A stretch of DNA of 63,925 nucleotides, counting the filler. It is 6 parts of 6 records of this genome, joined end to end, with 100 filler letters (N's around TTAATTAATTAA, not from the genome) between each part and the next. Parts side by side here need not be neighbours in the genome. Positions count along the whole stretch, not along the records: positions 58,252 to 63,925 come from DRR378314_708; 5 more parts are not named here. One strand, 5' to 3'. A program made the translations under genes and the position numbers. The stretch's first letter is position 1; each line of letters starts with the position of its first letter. The notes under the pieces were generated by a model. The model saw nothing but the letters and a program-made list of their open reading frames with translations, did not search any database and had not been told where the DNA came from. Positions 61,286 to 63,925 of this stretch are shown piece after piece.

Positions 61286-62857
61286 ATGGAACTAATTTAT
61301 TTTGCAGCAGCGTTTGTCTGCGGTTTTGTTGTTTACCAACTTAAACTTCCGCCATTGATCGGCTTTCTAATTGCAGGTTTTGCCTTAAACCTTTCAGGGT
61401 TTAAAACCACCGAACTTCTCAATTCAATCGCAAACTTAGGTGTAACTCTTCTGCTATTCAGTATTGGATTAAAGTTACGTGTCGCTAACTTAATAAAACC
61501 CCAAGTTTGGGCACCCGCTTCTATACACATTATTTTAAGTAGCTTACTCTTTGCTGGCTTTATGCTGCTACTGGGGTATTTAGCACTGCCTTTATTTAAA
61601 GAACTTAGTTGGCAAAGTGCTTTATTAGTTGGTTTTGCTTTTAGTTTTTCAAGTACTGTTTTTGCTGTAAAGGTGCTTGAGGAGCGAGGCGAAATGTCCA
61701 GCCTGCACGGTAAGATTGCGATAGGCATACTTGTCATGCAGGATATCTTTGCCGTTATATTTTTAGCAATTAGCACCGGTAAATCACCCAATGCCTGGGC
61801 TATCGCGTTATTTGCGTTATTACCTTTAATGCGCCCCGTGATGTTTTGGATATTGAACCGCTCGAAACATGGCGAGCTTTTACCTTTATTTGGCTTTTTT
61901 TTCGCTCTCGTTGTTGGCTATCACGCGTTTGAATTTGCAGGATTAAAAGGGGATTTAGGTGCGCTGATCATTGGTATGATATTCGCGCCACACAAAAAAG
62001 CAGGCGAGCTTGCAAAGTCCTTACTTAATTTAAAAGAAATCTTATTGGTAGGCTTCTTTTTAACAATAGGCTTGGGTGCAGAATTAACAATAAACTCCCT
62101 CTTTATAGCCCTATTAATTATTTTAGTGTTGCCAATAAAAGTTTCTTTGTACTATGTTCTAACCAACGTGTTTAAGCTTCGTGCTCGCACCTCACTGCTC
62201 AGTGCTTTTACACTTTCAAATTATAGCGAATTTGGTTTAATCGTCTGTATGGTTGCAGCCACAAGCGGCTTGATCACCGCTGAATGGTTAGCTGTTATGG
62301 CAATCGCAGTTTCAATTACCTTTATTATTGCATCACCACTAAATAAGCGTTCTAACGAAATCTACGTTAAAATCGAGGCTTGGTTGTTAAAGTTCGAAAG
62401 CCAAACACGCTTAGCAGAAGAACTGCCCGTAAACCTCAATGATACTAAAATCGTTATTTTTGGTATGGGCCGTATCGGAACAGGTGCATACGAAACCATC
62501 AATATGACGCACCCAGGCGTTGTTGCTGGTGTTGACATAAAGCCTGAGGTTGTTGACAAGCATATAAAAAGAGGCCGAAAAGCATTGCTAGCTGATGCAA
62601 CTGATCCTGACTTTTGGCAAAGAGTAAATCATTCAAGTGTTGAAATGATCATGCTGGCAATGCCCAAGCATATGCAAAACATTTTTGCTTTAGAACAATT
62701 AAAAGCATCTGGATATAAAGGTCAAGTAACAGCGATTGCTAACTACCCAGATCAGCAGAAAGAGTTGGAAGATATGGGTGTTGACTCTACTTATAACTTC
62801 TATTTGGAAGCAGGTAGTGGCTTTGCTGAACATGTAAAGCAAAAACTATTTTCTTAA
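61286..62857 (+). CDS. CPA2 cation:proton antiporter with C-terminal TrkA-N (KTN) domain, KefC-like
   Basis: LPPLIGFLIAG, LLLFSIGL, FSSTVFAVKVL, ILVMQD; GMGRIG Rossmann motif. Confidence 0.92.
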   Translation: MELIYFAAAFVCGFVVYQLKLPPLIGFLIAGFALNLSGFKTTELLNSIANLGVTLLLFSIGLKLRVANLIKPQVWAPASIHIILSSLLFAGFMLLLGYLALPLFKELSWQSALLVGFAFSFSSTVFAVKVLEERGEMSSLHGKIAIGILVMQDIFAVIFLAISTGKSPNAWAIALFALLPLMRPVMFWILNRSKHGELLPLFGFFFALVVGYHAFEFAGLKGDLGALIIGMIFAPHKKAGELAKSLLNLKEILLVGFFLTIGLGAELTINSLFIALLIILVLPIKVSLYYVLTNVFKLRARTSLLSAFTLSNYSEFGLIVCMVAATSGLITAEWLAVMAIAVSITFIIASPLNKRSNEIYVKIEAWLLKFESQTRLAEELPVNLNDTKIVIFGMGRIGTGAYETINMTHPGVVAGVDIKPEVVDKHIKRGRKALLADATDPDFWQRVNHSSVEMIMLAMPKHMQNIFALEQLKASGYKGQVTAIANYPDQQKELEDMGVDSTYNFYLEAGSGFAEHVKQKLFS

Positions 62858-62879
62858 TGTAAAATATTTTATCTTTTTC

Positions 62880-62916
62880 GATTATCAGCGCCCAAAAGGG
62901 TACTGATAATCATTTT
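62880..62916 (+). terminator. Hairpin, probable terminator after the antiporter
   Basis: GATTATCAGCGCCC-aaaa-GGGTACTGATAATC then ATTTT. Confidence 0.65.
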
Positions 62917-63155
62917 CATCATTAATTCATTAACTTAGTAATAAAACACCAATTCTTAGAATTTTTCCAAGCTTAAATACCGTCAACTACATTTACAAAG
63001 CTTTACATCGAAATTGGCATTTGCCAACTAAAACAGAGTAAACTGCATTCGTTGAATATTTGTAAGTATCTATTTTTAACACACAATTTTCGCCCGTGAG
63101 TGTTTTGGCGCAAGCTAGAAAGCTTCTATTTATTTGTGATTATGAAAGGTTTTAG

Positions 63156-63437
63156 ATGAAAGATAAGTTTACTATACAGCATCAAGCTGTGGCTGATGAT
63201 TTACAAAGCCCAAAACTAGTTGAGCTTCAAAATCGTCTAGACGAAATTTTAAATCAAGGAATGACAGCGATGACAATGCGCGATGTGTTATTCCATAAGA
63301 TGCTTGATGTGTACCAAGTCCCTAGCGATCATTTTTTGCGCGAAAGTGAAACTCCACTGCGAATCGACGACCCTGCAATCATTATTCAACTAAAACAGCT
63401 TGGGTTTACAAAAAAATCATCGTACCAAATTCATTAA
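63156..63437 (+). CDS. Hypothetical protein, 93 aa
   Basis: ORF with AAAGG RBS in AT-rich DNA; no family recognised. Confidence 0.6.
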   Translation: MKDKFTIQHQAVADDLQSPKLVELQNRLDEILNQGMTAMTMRDVLFHKMLDVYQVPSDHFLRESETPLRIDDPAIIIQLKQLGFTKKSSYQIH

Positions 63438-63566
63438 GTAAACTACGAGGCCTACTCCCTCGTATCTTATAGGCTGTTTCTTGCCCGTCACAGCCTATTC
63501 TTCCCTCTCTCCTGGTGTTTGTAGTAAACTAAAGCACATACCTGTTTCATTCTACGGCATCCCTAA

Positions 63567-63785
63567 ATGGACTCTAAAATACTTAAGACCGCCATCAATA
63601 CAACAATGCCTTTTGGGAAATATGCTGGCCGCCCCTTGCTATTACTACCCGAACCCTATCTTGTTTGGTTCAAACAAAAGGGCTTTCCCCAAGGTCATCT
63701 GGGTACTCAACTTGCTATGATTTATGAAGTGAAACTCAATGGGCTAGAAGAAATGCTCATGCCACTTTTAGATAGCAAAAAATAA
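63567..63785 (+). CDS. DUF3820 family protein
   Basis: MPFGKYAGR.L..LPEPYLVWF..KGFP.G.LG.QL...YE.KLNGLE. Confidence 0.88.
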   Translation: MDSKILKTAINTTMPFGKYAGRPLLLLPEPYLVWFKQKGFPQGHLGTQLAMIYEVKLNGLEEMLMPLLDSKK

Positions 63786-63859
63786 CACTCAACATTGTGA
63801 ACTTATTTATTTAAAGACGGTCTATTAAATTGCTACTTGTTGATTTTGGTTTAAACCGT

Positions 63860-63885
63860 AAAAAGCGCCATAAGGCGCTTTTTTT
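63860..63885. terminator. Bidirectional intrinsic terminator
   Basis: AAAAAGCGCC-ataa-GGCGCTTTTTTT. Confidence 0.85.
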
Positions 63886-63925
63886 ATTTATCTCATTTAA
63901 AGTCTAGGTAACCTGAACTCTGGAT

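Noticed and set aside
1..63925. Prophage, transposase, integron, tRNA/rRNA or anti-phage defence genes
   Set aside because: None recognised; the GTA locus here is regulatory only, with no structural genes in the window

Overview
This window is not one genome. It is six unrelated contigs joined by an artificial 100-nt spacer (N44-TTAATTAATTAA-N44) at 14688-14787, 20331-20430, 28544-28643, 45981-46080 and 58152-58251. Taxon labels are inferred from protein appearance, synteny and base composition. (1) 1-14687, Marinobacter-like core region: yghU, membrane-fused PQQ sugar dehydrogenase, ggt, purU and gyrA-serC-pheA-hisC-tyrA/aroA-cmk-rpsA. (2) 14788-20330, an intron-containing eukaryotic contig that the ORF track cannot parse. 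Manual splicing gives a histidine ammonia-lyase first exon head-to-head with a 5-exon gene encoding an SSXT (SS18/GIF)-like domain plus a SANT/Myb-like domain, and an EEEPA-repeat protein. (3) 20431-28543, Roseobacter-group locus hpt-amidohydrolase-lipA-Prx-oxyR-gafA-gafB-mttB-GNAT-guaA. This is the gene transfer agent (GTA) activator locus, with a CtrA box and with oxyR directly downstream of gafA. (4) 28644-45980, Alcanivorax-like: arsH-MFS, Mn riboswitch with UPF0016 exporter, phoBR, ubiCA, rubA-rubB-SCP2, MATE, znuABC, a degenerate cellulase-like protein, thrB, an esterase and polA. (5) 46081-58151, Halomonas-like: tandem glycine riboswitch, D-amino acid dehydrogenase, LysR, TRAP transporter and D-Ala-D-Ala dipeptidase. 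(6) 58252-63925, Pseudoalteromonas-like transporters and small genes. The best candidates for undescribed biology are the TRAP/M15D/DadA D-amino-acid scavenging cluster, the gafA-oxyR-Prx linkage and the spliced SSXT+SANT protein. No database searches were run.
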